A DNA stretch of 64,000 nucleotides from Patescibacteria group bacterium (lineage in GTDB: Bacteria > Patescibacteriota > Patescibacteriia > 2-12-FULL-57-11): contig SCUL01000002.1 in the NCBI GenBank assembly GCA_004297205.1, forward strand, positions 6,429-70,428. Direction: 5' to 3'. The position numbers were made by a program, and so were the translations under genes. Each line of letters opens with the position of its first letter. Within the stretch, counting starts at the first letter, position 1. Below the pieces are notes generated by a model. It was not told the origin of the DNA. It searched no databases and saw nothing but the letters and a program-made list of their open reading frames with translations. This document shows positions 50,027 through 58,728 of this stretch, piece after piece.

Positions 50027-51021
50027 TGCGCCTGTCGTTTTTTTCCAAACGAAGCGGTCTGCCCCCGGGCCGGCGCATCTACCGCGCGCCGCGCCAGGTC
50101 CGCACGCAGGCGGAGAATCCGTATTTCAACAAACGTCTGCAGCGCAAAGCCGTCCGCCTCGCGCCGCTGGTCGGCATGGCTGCCGTGCCCGTACTCGCTG
50201 CCATTGCCTGGATCGCCCTGTTGACCTTGCCGCAGTTCCGGATTTCCGGCCTCTCCGTGGAAGGACATGCGCGCCTGACGCGGCAAGACGTTGACACAAT
50301 CATGGCCGAGGAACTCGACGGACGCGCCTTCGGCATCTTTTCCCGCCGCAATTATTTCCTGGTCCGCCCGCAACGCATCCGTGAGGCGCTTCTGAAACAT
50401 CCGGACATCGCCTCGGCGGACGTTTCCACGTCCTTTCCTGATCAGATGCATGTCCGCATCCGCGAGCGCGAAGCCTATTTCATCGTGCTGACGAACGGCG
50501 CGCGCGTCCGTGCCGACGAGACCGGCGTGGCCTTCGGCATCTTCCCGGGGGAGGGGGGAGGCTGGCCGGTGATGGCCTCAGGGACGGCCGGCGTGCAGGT
50601 GCTCGCGACGGGGACGCCGAGCATCGTCAGTACGTCCACGCACCTGCTTTCGTATCTGCTGAGCCAGATCCGCGCGCGAGCCACAAGTTCCGTCGTTACA
50701 TTGTACGACACATCGATCACAACGCCGGTCGTGGGGGAGGAGATCGTTCCGATCAAGGTGCGAACCCTGATCGAGCAGCTTCTTTTGGCGACCGAAGATC
50801 TACGCCTGGGCTTCAGCGCCCTTGGCGGCATCTACGACCGCAGCCGGCTGCATGAGTTCACGGCCGTGACCAGCGAAGGCTGGATCATCCTAATGGATCC
50901 ACTGTACAGCCAGGAGGCGCCTCTGGCGGCCCTGGGAAGCGTCTTACGAGAAAAGGTGAAGGACAGGTCGCGGCTGCAATACGTAGACCTGCGTTACCAG
51001 GACCGTGTCTATTTCAAGTAG
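50026..51021 (+). CDS. ftsQ: cell division protein FtsQ/DivIB
   Basis: N-terminal transmembrane segment, POTRA domain (ISGLSVEGHARLTRQDV), position after ddl. Start coupled to the ddl stop. Confidence 0.8.
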   Translation: MRLSFFSKRSGLPPGRRIYRAPRQVRTQAENPYFNKRLQRKAVRLAPLVGMAAVPVLAAIAWIALLTLPQFRISGLSVEGHARLTRQDVDTIMAEELDGRAFGIFSRRNYFLVRPQRIREALLKHPDIASADVSTSFPDQMHVRIREREAYFIVLTNGARVRADETGVAFGIFPGEGGGWPVMASGTAGVQVLATGTPSIVSTSTHLLSYLLSQIRARATSSVVTLYDTSITTPVVGEEIVPIKVRTLIEQLLLATEDLRLGFSALGGIYDRSRLHEFTAVTSEGWIILMDPLYSQEAPLAALGSVLREKVKDRSRLQYVDLRYQDRVYFK

Positions 51022-51095
51022 ATCGTATCTAGATGCCATGTAAATCAGACAGCACGGATGGTGCAGACAACGCATGAGCTGCGTGCAGGGGCAGA

Positions 51096-51147
51096 GAACG
51101 TTTTCCGACATGAGACCGCCGGCAGAGCACTATGTCGGAAAACGTTC
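51096..51147. repeat. perfect inverted repeat, 16-bp arms (gaacgttttccgacat / atgtcggaaaacgttc) around a 20-nt loop
   Basis: Seen directly. Lies in a lower-GC convergent intergenic region. Confidence 0.85.
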
Positions 51148-51148
51148 G

Positions 51149-51205
51149 ATATCTTCTGCGACTCTGTTCTGGTTAGTCGCCAGTCCTTAGAGTCGCAGAA
51201 GATAT
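51149..51205. repeat. perfect inverted repeat, 17-bp arms (atatcttctgcgactct / agagtcgcagaagatat) around a 23-nt loop containing a ctgg/ccag inner stem
   Basis: Seen directly. Immediately adjacent to the first inverted repeat. Confidence 0.85.
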
Positions 51206-51243
51206 ATTGTGCGACTCCTCTAATACAAAAGAAACGGCAACGT

Positions 51244-51522
51244 TCAGTGCTGCCGACCGCTCCTCTCTTCCACTGCAATGGAAGGAACGGGAGCGACTTC
51301 CAGGATGCGATCCAGTCGACGCATGATCAGATGCGCGACGACCAGCAGAACGACGCCGAGGGCCATGCTTGTTACGGCCAGCGTATGCCAGACGTTCCAG
51401 CGATCCCCTGCTGCATGGATCAGGATGAAGCCGCCGATCCCCAGGAGCGATCCCGATGTCAGGCAAACCGCCAGCCAGACGAGCAGACGACCTGTCCGGA
51501 TGAAGACGGGTCTATTCATCAT
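51244..51522 (-). CDS. small membrane protein (about 93 aa, 2 transmembrane segments)
   Basis: GAGGAGGAG ribosome-binding site 7 nt before ATG 51522 (alternative GTG at 51528). Hydrophobic helices. The overlapping plus-strand ORF 51058-51630 was rejected. Confidence 0.5.
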   Translation of the reverse strand: MMNRPVFIRTGRLLVWLAVCLTSGSLLGIGGFILIHAAGDRWNVWHTLAVTSMALGVVLLVVAHLIMRRLDRILEVAPVPSIAVEERSGRQH

Positions 51523-51569
51523 GAGCACGCGCTCCTCCTCGAACCCACCCTACGATATACTTTCGCCGT

Positions 51570-51866
51570 ATGCAAACCATTCCTGACATGCTCCGCGAGG
51601 GCCGCGCCATCTGGGGCGACCAGAAGCTGACGCTTGGCCAGATCATCGTCCGTTTGGGTGTCGGCGTCGGTGATTTGTGCCGCTACGAACGCAATGCGGA
51701 GAAGGACGCCTCCTCCCACTCCCCTGACGAGCTTAAAAAAGAAATGGGCAACGTCATCTTCTCCATGATCCGCTGGTGCGACGACCTCGGCTACGATCCC
51801 GAGGAATGCGTCCGCCTGGCCATCGAATCGCAAAAGCGGTTCGCGGCACAGAACACTCGTCGATAA
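51570..51866 (+). CDS. MazG-like nucleotide pyrophosphohydrolase (small all-alpha NTP-PPase)
   Basis: LGQIIVRLGVGVGDL...EMGNVIFSMIRWCDDLGYDPEECVRLAIESQKRF matches the MazG/NTP-PPase EExxE/D helix pattern. A TATACT -10-like hexamer lies upstream. Confidence 0.75.
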   Translation: MQTIPDMLREGRAIWGDQKLTLGQIIVRLGVGVGDLCRYERNAEKDASSHSPDELKKEMGNVIFSMIRWCDDLGYDPEECVRLAIESQKRFAAQNTRR

Positions 51867-51876
51867 AAGACGTGCG

Positions 51877-53184
51877 CTATTTGAGCAGGTAGTCCAGCGG
51901 GTTGACCGGAATGCCGTTCAGTCGGGTCTCGAAGTGCAAGTGCGGGCCCGTGGTGAGACCGCCTGCTCCGGGAGTCCCCGGGGTGCCGCCGGAAAGACCA
52001 ATCGCCTCTCCCCGCTCCACGAACTGCCCTTCGGCCACCTGGATGCGCGAGACGTGGCCGTAGACCGTGGAAATGCCGTCGTCGTGGATCAACATGATGT
52101 AGCTGTAGCCCATGCCGGCATCGCGAGCGCGGGCCACGAAGCCCGGCGCGGCCGCCGTGATGCGCGTCCCTTGGTAGGCGCGGATGTCGATGGCCGGATG
52201 CTCAAAAACGTGGCGGAACGGGTAATCCGGATCGTGGAAATAGGCGGTGATGCCGCGGGACGGATCGACCGGCCAGGACAGCACGGTGCCGCCTTCGACG
52301 CCCTTCAGCTGATCCGAAGCCTCCAGCTTGCGGCGCAGGGTGTTTTCCAGCGTCTTGATGTCGCTGTCCGCGGATTGCTGCTGCGAGCGCAGCGCCGTCA
52401 GGTTCTGCTGCAAGCCGAGCTGTTCCTGCGCAAGATCGGCGGCCAGTTGTTTTTTGCCGATGGTCGTCTCTTCGAGTTCGGCCTTGGCACCTTCCAAACG
52501 TTTGCGCAGCTCATCGAGACGCATGCGCTGCTCCTCTTTGGCGTTCTGCTGCGTCTCCAGGGCCAGTTTGAAGGCCACCACCTCGGTCAAAGCGCGGTCC
52601 AGGTCTTTGCTGAGTTCCTCTGTCGATTTCAGGCGGTCGTAGAACTCGCTGAAAGAATCGTTCATCAGCAGCACCTCGAGCCCGGAACGATCCGTGGCGC
52701 GCGCGATGGTGCGGACGAACTCCGCCAGGTAGCTCTTGCGGCGCTCGATCTGCTGCGATCGCTCGCCGATGCGCAATTCGAGCGCGGCGATTTCCAGATT
52801 CACCTCCTCGATTTCCGTTTCCGTCTGCTCGATGTCGAGAATGGTTTTGGCCAGGCGGTTTTCGAGCAGCGCGAGCTGGTTCTGAAGCGAGACAGTTTCG
52901 TTGCGCTTCTTCTGGATGTCGTTGTTCAGGGCGTTGATCTTGCTCTGGAGCGATTCAACGGACTGTTTCTTGTTCTTCACGGCGTCGTTGAGGCGCAAAA
53001 TTTCTTCCCGCGTCGCGGCGGTCAGGTCTTCGTCCTCCGCAAGGGGCGCGGGCGATTCCGTGGCCGTTTCCTCGGCAAAGACCTGGTAGACCTGCCAGCC
53101 CGAATAGACGACGAACAGGGTCAGCGCCAGGGCGGCGAGGCCGAGATAGCCAATGCGGCGGGTGGAAGTTTCTACGGGATTCAC
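51877..53184 (-). CDS. M23 family metalloendopeptidase with N-terminal coiled-coil (EnvC-like)
   Basis: Signal/transmembrane N-terminus and a long coiled coil. C-terminal LytM domain with HxxxD (HDDGISTVYGH) and HLHFE motifs. Confidence 0.85.
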   Translation of the reverse strand: MNPVETSTRRIGYLGLAALALTLFVVYSGWQVYQVFAEETATESPAPLAEDEDLTAATREEILRLNDAVKNKKQSVESLQSKINALNNDIQKKRNETVSLQNQLALLENRLAKTILDIEQTETEIEEVNLEIAALELRIGERSQQIERRKSYLAEFVRTIARATDRSGLEVLLMNDSFSEFYDRLKSTEELSKDLDRALTEVVAFKLALETQQNAKEEQRMRLDELRKRLEGAKAELEETTIGKKQLAADLAQEQLGLQQNLTALRSQQQSADSDIKTLENTLRRKLEASDQLKGVEGGTVLSWPVDPSRGITAYFHDPDYPFRHVFEHPAIDIRAYQGTRITAAAPGFVARARDAGMGYSYIMLIHDDGISTVYGHVSRIQVAEGQFVERGEAIGLSGGTPGTPGAGGLTTGPHLHFETRLNGIPVNPLDYLLK

Positions 53185-54671
53185 AGACGGGCGGAGGCCG
53201 TTTTTATGCGTCGGACAACATCGTCCTTTTCAAGCAACGCGGAGATTTCGAAGGGTCCGGGCGAGGCGGCCTGACCGGTGAGAGCCACGCGCAGCGGCCA
53301 GAGCACTTCGCCGTTTTGGTACCCCTTGGCAACGATCCAGGCTTTCACGGCGGTCTCGAGATCCACGGGAGTCCATCCCCCGCCGTAACCCGCGAACCAT
53401 TCACCGAGTTCGGTCAGCACCTGCTTGGCGCGCGTCGCGTCGGACTTTTTCCAAACCAGCAGCTTCGCGTCGAAATCCGTCGGCGCTGCAAACAAGAACT
53501 TCACGCGTTCCGGCAATTCCGGCATGCGCACCAGCCGCTCCTTCTCCAATGTTACCACGCCGGCCAGCCAGGCGGCAGTAACGACGCGTCCGGAGGCCGG
53601 CATGACCCAACCACTCCCCTGTTTGGCGATCATTCCCGCTTTTTCCAGCTCCAGCGCGGCCATTTCTGCAAGCCGGGCGTCCGGCAGCCGCTTCAGGTAC
53701 TGCGCGTTCACCCAATCAAGCTTCTCGAAATTCACGATGGCGCCCGAGGGATTGACCTTGGAGAGGTCAAAACCGGCCACGAGTTCCTCGAAGGTATAGA
53801 TTTCCTGCTTCCCGCTCGGGTTCCAACCGAGCAGCGCCACGAAGTTGATCAATGCTTCCGGCAGATAGCCCTTGGCGAGGTAATCCTCAACCGCGACGTC
53901 GCCCTGGCGTTTGGACAGCTTGCTGCGGTCGCTGTTCAGGAGCAGCGGCAGATGCGCAAAGGTCGGCGGCGTCCAGCCGAAGGCTTCGTACAGCAACACG
54001 TGCTTGGGCGTCGACGAAATCCACTCCTCGGCCCGGATGACGTGCGTGATGCGCATGTCGTGGTCGTCGACGACATTGGCGAAGTGGTAGGTCGGAAAAC
54101 CGTCGCTCTTGATGAGCACGGCATCGTCCACCGAACCGATCGGGGTGCGGATTTCGCCGCGGATGGCGTCGGTGAAGGCGACGTCGGCGCGGTCCCGCGG
54201 CACGGCCAAGCGGATGACGTGCGGCGTGCCGGCATCAAGCCGGGCGCGGGCCTCCGTCTCGGTCAGGCTGCGGCAGCGGCCGTCGTACATCGGGGCCTGC
54301 TTGCGCGCCGTCTGCGCGGTCCGCATGGCGTCGAGTTCTTCCGCTGTGCAGAAGCAGGGGTAGGCCTTCTTGTTGTCGATCAACGGCCGGATGTACGACG
54401 TGTAGAGGTCGAGGCGCTCGGACTGGATGACCGGCCCTTCGTCCCAGGCCAGCCCCATGGCGCGCAGCGTCTCCTGCAGTTTTTCCGTGGCGCCGGGAAC
54501 GAGACGCGCGCGGTCGGTATCTTCAATACGCAGCGCAAAGACGCCTTTGTGGTGGCGCGCGTACAGGACGTTGTAGAGCGCGGTCCGCAAGGAACCGATG
54601 TGCATGTATCCGGTCGGACTGGGCGCGAACCGAACACGAACGGTGTTCGATGTTTTTTTGCTGGAAAACAT
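53181..54671 (-). CDS. gltX: glutamyl-tRNA synthetase
   Basis: From internal Met at 54671: VRVRFAPSPTGYMHIGSLRTALYN (HIGH class), KLSKR (KMSKS equivalent), and a complete anticodon-binding domain. No stop codon and no SD separate it from the upstream tagA-like frame. Confidence 0.9.
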   Translation of the reverse strand: MFSSKKTSNTVRVRFAPSPTGYMHIGSLRTALYNVLYARHHKGVFALRIEDTDRARLVPGATEKLQETLRAMGLAWDEGPVIQSERLDLYTSYIRPLIDNKKAYPCFCTAEELDAMRTAQTARKQAPMYDGRCRSLTETEARARLDAGTPHVIRLAVPRDRADVAFTDAIRGEIRTPIGSVDDAVLIKSDGFPTYHFANVVDDHDMRITHVIRAEEWISSTPKHVLLYEAFGWTPPTFAHLPLLLNSDRSKLSKRQGDVAVEDYLAKGYLPEALINFVALLGWNPSGKQEIYTFEELVAGFDLSKVNPSGAIVNFEKLDWVNAQYLKRLPDARLAEMAALELEKAGMIAKQGSGWVMPASGRVVTAAWLAGVVTLEKERLVRMPELPERVKFLFAAPTDFDAKLLVWKKSDATRAKQVLTELGEWFAGYGGGWTPVDLETAVKAWIVAKGYQNGEVLWPLRVALTGQAASPGPFEISALLEKDDVVRRIKTASARL

Positions 54672-55370
54672 GGAGGAAACGACAACAGTGAACGGGAAAA
54701 TGATAACAGCGCGGACGATGCGCCACAACCGCGAGGGCTGAAGAAGCAACCGCCACAGCCATTCCAGACCGAGCTGCTGCAAAAGTCGCGGCGCACGCGA
54801 CAATCGGCCGGTCAGATACTCGAAGGCACCGCCGACGGCGATCCGGACGCGTGCCTTCGGAAAGGCGGCCGCGTGCCGGGTCAGCCAAAGTTCCTGCTCC
54901 GGTGCACCGAAGTTGGCGATCACCAGTTCGGCATCCGTCGGTCCGGGCGACGCATCCGGCGACACGGACAGACAATCGACGTGCAACCCGGGGTGTCTCC
55001 GCCGCAGGGCGTCAGAGAACTCGATGGGCTGCGTCAATCCGCCGCGGCGCAGCGCCACGAAGACACGGAGTTTCAACCGTGCCGCTTCCGCAAGAAGTAA
55101 CTCCAGGGCCTCCGCACCCGTATATCGTTCTGCAGACTGCCCGGCGGCGCGCAGGGACCAAACGAGCCCGGTGCCGTCCGGAAGCAACAGATCGGCGGTA
55201 TTAAGCGCCGCGAGCAATCCTTGATCAGCTCGGGCTTGGAGGACGATTTCCGGATTGGTGTTGAGCACCAGCAGCGGCTTCCCTTGTCCGGCCACGGCCG
55301 TCCGCAGCCGTTGCTCGACCTCGGACCGCCGCAGGGCGTCGGCCGGGACGCCGGCAACGCTGGTCCTCAT
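54672..55370 (-). CDS. WecB/TagA/CpsF-family glycosyltransferase-like reading frame, continuous in-frame with gltX
   Basis: LLVLNTNPEIV...LLLPDGTGLVW...IAVGGAFEYLTG...LEWLWRLLLQPSRLWR matches the family along its whole length. ATGA-coupled to ligT. It has no stop codon of its own. Confidence 0.7.
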
Positions 55371-55921
55371 ACCGCGGACAGCGGATAGCTGCGCAGCTCG
55401 GTATACTCGGCGCCTCCCGGAGTCAGATCGCTGCGGTACAGGCAGAAACGGTCCACCAGGAAACGGACTTCGGGTACCTTGGCGACGAAGGCGCTCGAGG
55501 GCAGCGGCACGTCGAGCCGCGCCAGCGTCAAATGCGGACTCCAGGGCCGGGGGTCGACATCGAGACCGAGTTCATGGATTTCCCGGCCCAGCCGGTCGCG
55601 CAACGCCAGGAGCGTTCCCCCGTTTTCTTCCATGCCCACCCAGACGACCCGCGGATGCGCCGCATCCGGAAAGAAACCGACGTCGCTCAGATGCGCTTCC
55701 ACGGGGCGGAATCGGCCAGCCAGAGGGGCGATGCGCTCATCGAGACGCGAGACCAGGCTGTCGTCGTGCTGGCCCAAAAAATGCAGGGTGGCATGGATAC
55801 CGCCCGGTGCCGCCCAGCGCACCCGGGCACGCGCCGAACGACGCATCTGCGACATCACGTCGGAGAGCGCGTCACGGACGGCAGGAGGCAGCGGAACGGC
55901 AAGAAACAGGCGCATGGACAT
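55367..55921 (-). CDS. thpR: RNA 2',3'-cyclic phosphodiesterase (LigT/ThpR, 2H family)
   Basis: Two H-x-T/S-x motifs (HATLHF and HLTLAR) in a protein of about 184 aa. Confidence 0.85.
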   Translation of the reverse strand: MSMRLFLAVPLPPAVRDALSDVMSQMRRSARARVRWAAPGGIHATLHFLGQHDDSLVSRLDERIAPLAGRFRPVEAHLSDVGFFPDAAHPRVVWVGMEENGGTLLALRDRLGREIHELGLDVDPRPWSPHLTLARLDVPLPSSAFVAKVPEVRFLVDRFCLYRSDLTPGGAEYTELRSYPLSAV

Positions 55922-55958
55922 GCCCGAATCATACGGAAATCAAGCCTTTTCGTCCATC

Positions 55959-55986
55959 TTGACGCGACCATTCCCGGTGCTATGCT
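55959..55986 (+). promoter_or_regulatory. sigma70-like promoter for clpB (TTGACG-16 nt-TATGCT)
   Basis: -35 at 55959-55964, -10 at 55981-55986. The CIRCE element lies immediately downstream. Confidence 0.55.
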
Positions 55987-55988
55987 GG

Positions 55989-56015
55989 TTAGCAGTCTCG
56001 CACCGTGAGTGCTAA
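55989..56015 (+). promoter_or_regulatory. CIRCE element (HrcA operator): TTAGCAGTC-N9-GAGTGCTAA
   Basis: 17 of 18 positions match the consensus TTAGCACTC-N9-GAGTGCTAA. Located between the -10 and the clpB start. Confidence 0.75.
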
Positions 56016-56027
56016 TCCCCTTCCCTC

Positions 56028-58670
56028 ATGGCAAACGATCGGTACACCCGCAAAGCCGACGAAGCCGTCCGCACCGCCAAAGAAATCGCGGAGCGCCATC
56101 GGCATCAGGCCATCGACGACATCCACCTGCTGGCATCGCTCATCAATCAGAACGACGGGCTCGTCCCGAACGTCCTGGAACGCATGGGCGTGAATGTGGA
56201 CGCGTTGGCCGATGACGTCGACAACCGCATTCATGAAGATGAACCCTCGGCCGAGGTCGTTTTCGGTACGACGCGCCGTCTGCTGGATGCCCTGACCGCG
56301 GCCGAAGAAGCCGCGCAGGAACTCGGGGACACCATCGTCAGCACGGAACACATGTTCCTCGGCTTGCTGGAACGGGCGCCGCGTTTGGCGTCCCTGTTTG
56401 CCACGCACGGCGTCACGCGGAAGCGTTTTGAGGAAGCCTTGGCCGCGGCCCGCGCCGCCGGCACGGAGCGGCCGCAGGAGCGCAAGGAACCGCGTAACCT
56501 GGAAAAATACGGCCGCAACCTCACTGCGCTCGCCCGTCAGAAAAAACTCGACCCGGTCATCGGCCGCGACGACGAGATCCGCCGCGTCATCCAGGTGCTC
56601 AGCCGTCGCACCAAGAACAATCCCATCCTCGTGGGTGAAGCCGGCGTCGGTAAAACCGCGATCGTGGAAGGACTCGCCCAGCGCATCGTCGCCGGCGACG
56701 TGCCGGAGTCGTTGATGGAAAAGGAAGTCGTCGCTCTTGATCTGGGCGCGCTTGTGGCCGGCACCAAATTCCGCGGCGAGTTCGAAGAGCGCCTCAAGAG
56801 CGTGCTCAAGGAGATCGAAAAATCGGAGGGCCGCATCGTCATCTTCATCGATGAGCTGCACACGCTGGTCGGCGCGGGCTCCGTCGAAGGCGGCGCGCTC
56901 GACGCTTCGAACATCCTGAAGCCGGCGCTGGCCCGCGGCGAGCTCCATGCCATCGGCGCCACCACGCTGCGCGAATTCCAGAAACACATCGAGAAAGATC
57001 CGGCGCTGGAACGCCGCTTCCAGCCGGTCGTGGTCAACGAGCCGTCGGTCGAGGACGCCATCGCTATTTTGCGCGGCATCAAGGAAAAGTACGAAGTCCA
57101 CCATGGCGTGAAGATTACCGACGGCGCGCTCGTCGCCGCGGCGGAACTCAGCCACCGCTACATCAACGACCGTTACCTACCGGACAAGGCCGTCGACCTG
57201 ATCGACGAAGCCGCGGCCGCGTTGCGCATGGAAGTCGACAGCCAGCCGGTCGAAATCGACCGCCTGCGCCGCGATGCCATGCGTCTGGAGATTGAAAAGC
57301 GCGCGCTTGAAACGGAAGACGATCAGACGCAGGCCGAGCGCAAAAAGACCGTCGCGCAGGAGCTGGCCGAAATGAATGAACGCATCGCCTCGTTGTCCGC
57401 CGTCTGGACCAAGGAAAAGGCCATCATCGGCGAACTGCGGACGGCGCAGAAGGAATTGGACCAGCTCAAGACCGAAAGCGAAATCGCCATGCGCCGCGGC
57501 GAGCTCGACCGTGCCGCGGAGATGCGCTACGGCAAGATTCCTGCCCAGGAAAAGCGCATGGCCGGCCTCGAGGAAAAGCTGCGCGGCATGAAGGGCTCGC
57601 GCTTCATCAAGGAAAAAGTCGGCACCGAGGAAATCGCCGCCGTTGTTTCCCGCTGGACGAGCATTCCCGTGACAAAAATGCTGGAAACGGAACGCGAGAA
57701 GCTGCTCCACCTCGAGGCCGAACTCGGCCGCCGCGTCATCGGCCAGAAGGAGGCCATCGCCGCGGTCGCCAACGCCCTCCGCCGCAACCGCGCCGGCGTG
57801 GCCGAGATGGACCGGCCGATCGGTTCGTTCCTGTTCCTGGGACCGACCGGCGTCGGCAAGACGGAACTGGCGCGCTCGCTGGCCGGATACCTGTTCAACG
57901 ACGAGAACGCGCTGATCCGCGTGGACATGTCGGAGTACATGGAGCGGCATGAGACGGCCAAGCTGATCGGTTCGCCGCCGGGCTACGTCGGCTATGACGA
58001 GGGCGGCCAGCTCACGGAAAAAGTCCGCCGCAAGCCGTTCAGCGTCATCCTGTTCGACGAAATCGAAAAGGCGCACCCCGACGTTTTCAACCTGCTGCTC
58101 CAAATTCTCGACGACGGCCGCGTCACCGACGCCAAGGGCCGCAAAGTGAACTTCAAAAACTGCGTCATCATCATGACCTCGAACGTCGGCAGCCGTTCCA
58201 TCACCCATCTGACGACCGCCGCGGACCTCGGCTTCGCGGATGCCGCCACGGCCGCCGCCGCGCCGGAGGAACGGATGCGCGAAAAGATCCGCGAGGAACT
58301 CGAAGAACGCTTCCGGCCGGAATTCCTGAATCGCATCGACGAGATCATCACCTTCCACGCCCTGACCGAAACGGACATCACGCAGATCGTCGAGCTGCAG
58401 GTCGCCCGTCTGGCAAGCCGCCTGGCCGACAAGCGCATCACGCTCGACGTGACGCCGGCGGCCAAGGCGCATCTGGCGAAGACCGGCTACTCCCCCACCT
58501 TCGGGGCGCGGCCGCTCCGCCGCCTCATTCAGACCGCGATCGGCAACCGCCTGGCGGAAGCGCTGCTGTCCGCCGAAATCGCGGAGGGTGACACCGCCCT
58601 CGTGGACCTGAAGAAGGACGCGCTGACCGTGACCAAGGCGCGGCGCAAGGTCAAAGCCGCCGTCACGTAA
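56028..58670 (+). CDS. clpB: ATP-dependent chaperone ClpB
   Basis: 880 aa with two AAA+ modules (GEAGVGKT and GPTGVGKT Walker A), a middle coiled-coil domain between them, and a Clp N-terminal domain. Confidence 0.95.
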   Translation: MANDRYTRKADEAVRTAKEIAERHRHQAIDDIHLLASLINQNDGLVPNVLERMGVNVDALADDVDNRIHEDEPSAEVVFGTTRRLLDALTAAEEAAQELGDTIVSTEHMFLGLLERAPRLASLFATHGVTRKRFEEALAAARAAGTERPQERKEPRNLEKYGRNLTALARQKKLDPVIGRDDEIRRVIQVLSRRTKNNPILVGEAGVGKTAIVEGLAQRIVAGDVPESLMEKEVVALDLGALVAGTKFRGEFEERLKSVLKEIEKSEGRIVIFIDELHTLVGAGSVEGGALDASNILKPALARGELHAIGATTLREFQKHIEKDPALERRFQPVVVNEPSVEDAIAILRGIKEKYEVHHGVKITDGALVAAAELSHRYINDRYLPDKAVDLIDEAAAALRMEVDSQPVEIDRLRRDAMRLEIEKRALETEDDQTQAERKKTVAQELAEMNERIASLSAVWTKEKAIIGELRTAQKELDQLKTESEIAMRRGELDRAAEMRYGKIPAQEKRMAGLEEKLRGMKGSRFIKEKVGTEEIAAVVSRWTSIPVTKMLETEREKLLHLEAELGRRVIGQKEAIAAVANALRRNRAGVAEMDRPIGSFLFLGPTGVGKTELARSLAGYLFNDENALIRVDMSEYMERHETAKLIGSPPGYVGYDEGGQLTEKVRRKPFSVILFDEIEKAHPDVFNLLLQILDDGRVTDAKGRKVNFKNCVIIMTSNVGSRSITHLTTAADLGFADAATAAAAPEERMREKIREELEERFRPEFLNRIDEIITFHALTETDITQIVELQVARLASRLADKRITLDVTPAAKAHLAKTGYSPTFGARPLRRLIQTAIGNRLAEALLSAEIAEGDTALVDLKKDALTVTKARRKVKAAVT

Positions 58671-58681
58671 ACGGCGTCGAA

Positions 58682-58707
58682 AACCGCCCCTCGCCCGGGG
58701 CGGTTTT
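58682..58707 (+). terminator. rho-independent terminator after clpB
   Basis: aaaa ccgcccc tcgccc ggggcgg tttt. Confidence 0.7.
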
Positions 58708-58728
58708 CGCATGGTAGAATTGACCCGC

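Noticed and set aside
51058-51630. 190-aa plus-strand ORF covering the inverted-repeat region and the small minus-strand membrane gene.
   Set aside because: Its sequence is Gln/Asp/Arg-rich without features. It reads through two perfect palindromes. The minus-strand alternative has a strong ribosome-binding site and transmembrane helices.
53181-55370. Treating the 729-codon frame as one ordinary gene.
   Set aside because: It clearly contains two complete, unrelated protein families (TagA-like and GluRS). I annotated them separately and flagged the missing stop codon as a finding rather than assert a fusion protein.
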